A stretch of DNA of 36,667 nt, from IMG/VR virus record IMGVR_UViG_3300040971_000374, positions 1 through 36,667 of that record; one strand, 5' to 3'. The translations under genes were made by a program, and so were the position numbers. Positions 36,386-36,667 of this stretch are shown here, in pieces (position 1 is the first letter of the stretch; each line of letters starts with the position of its first letter). Under the pieces are notes generated by a model, which was not told the origin of the DNA, ran no database searches, and was given only the letters and a program-made list of their open reading frames with translations. The stretch comes from a virus (Duplodnaviria > Caudoviricetes).

Positions 36386-36667
36386 ATGGACAATGAAAAG
36401 ATAACTGAACAAGAAGAAAAAGCTAACAATCATGAGTACAACATTATTGTTAACAGCCGCCCCAAAATTGTTACATCACGGGAATTAGAGTATCCTGAGG
36501 TGCTTCAATTAGCTTTTGATCCAGTACCAACAGGGCCAGATTATTTATTTACTGTGGTATATCGCAGAGGTCATGGAAATAAGCCTGAGGGCACTTTGGT
36601 TGCTGGTCAATCTGTAAGAGTAAAAGAAGGTATGATCTTCGATGTCACAGCAACTAATAAATCATAG
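36386..36667 (+). CDS. Multi-ubiquitin-domain (bacterial ubiquitin-like) protein
   Basis: IIVNSRPK...LEYPEVLQLAF...TVVYRRG...EGTLVAGQSVRVKEGMIFDVTATNKS is a typical Multi_ubiq beta-grasp pattern; GGAGGT RBS. Confidence 0.8.
   Translation: MDNEKITEQEEKANNHEYNIIVNSRPKIVTSRELEYPEVLQLAFDPVPTGPDYLFTVVYRRGHGNKPEGTLVAGQSVRVKEGMIFDVTATNKS

Overview
Most of the window (1 to about 32769) is a Mu-like transposable prophage whose left end and repressor lie upstream of the window. The early module has an HTH gene, a DDE transposase (MuA-like), an AAA ATPase (MuB-like), a GemA-like gene and a DUF3164-like gene broken by one in-frame TGA. It is followed by terminase, MuF-like, lysozyme, neck, portal, a fused protease-scaffold-capsid gene, and a probably non-contractile tail module with a -1 frameshift chaperone, two tandem Dam-type methylases and a tape measure gene. 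An array of eight 16-bp repeats marks the probable right end. Three AT-rich cargo blocks interrupt the prophage. The first is an ~8 kb island: a C5 methylase converging on a six-gene operon (C5 methylase, putative restriction endonuclease, Vsr, MORC/GHKL-histidine kinase fusion, receiver protein, caspase/CHAT-like His-Cys protein). This is the best candidate for an undescribed defence and signalling system. The other two are a lone PD-(D/E)xK nuclease-like moron and a lone class III nucleotidyl-cyclase-like moron. Non-coding signals include a conserved motif upstream of three late operons, an operator/enhancer-like repeat array upstream of the transposase, an RBS-occluding hairpin before the lysozyme, and a possible ~70-nt sRNA. 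Beyond the prophage lie an AAA_14/DUF4143 ATPase, a methylase-Mrr-like fusion and a multi-ubiquitin-domain gene. All family calls come from motif recognition by eye; no searches were run.
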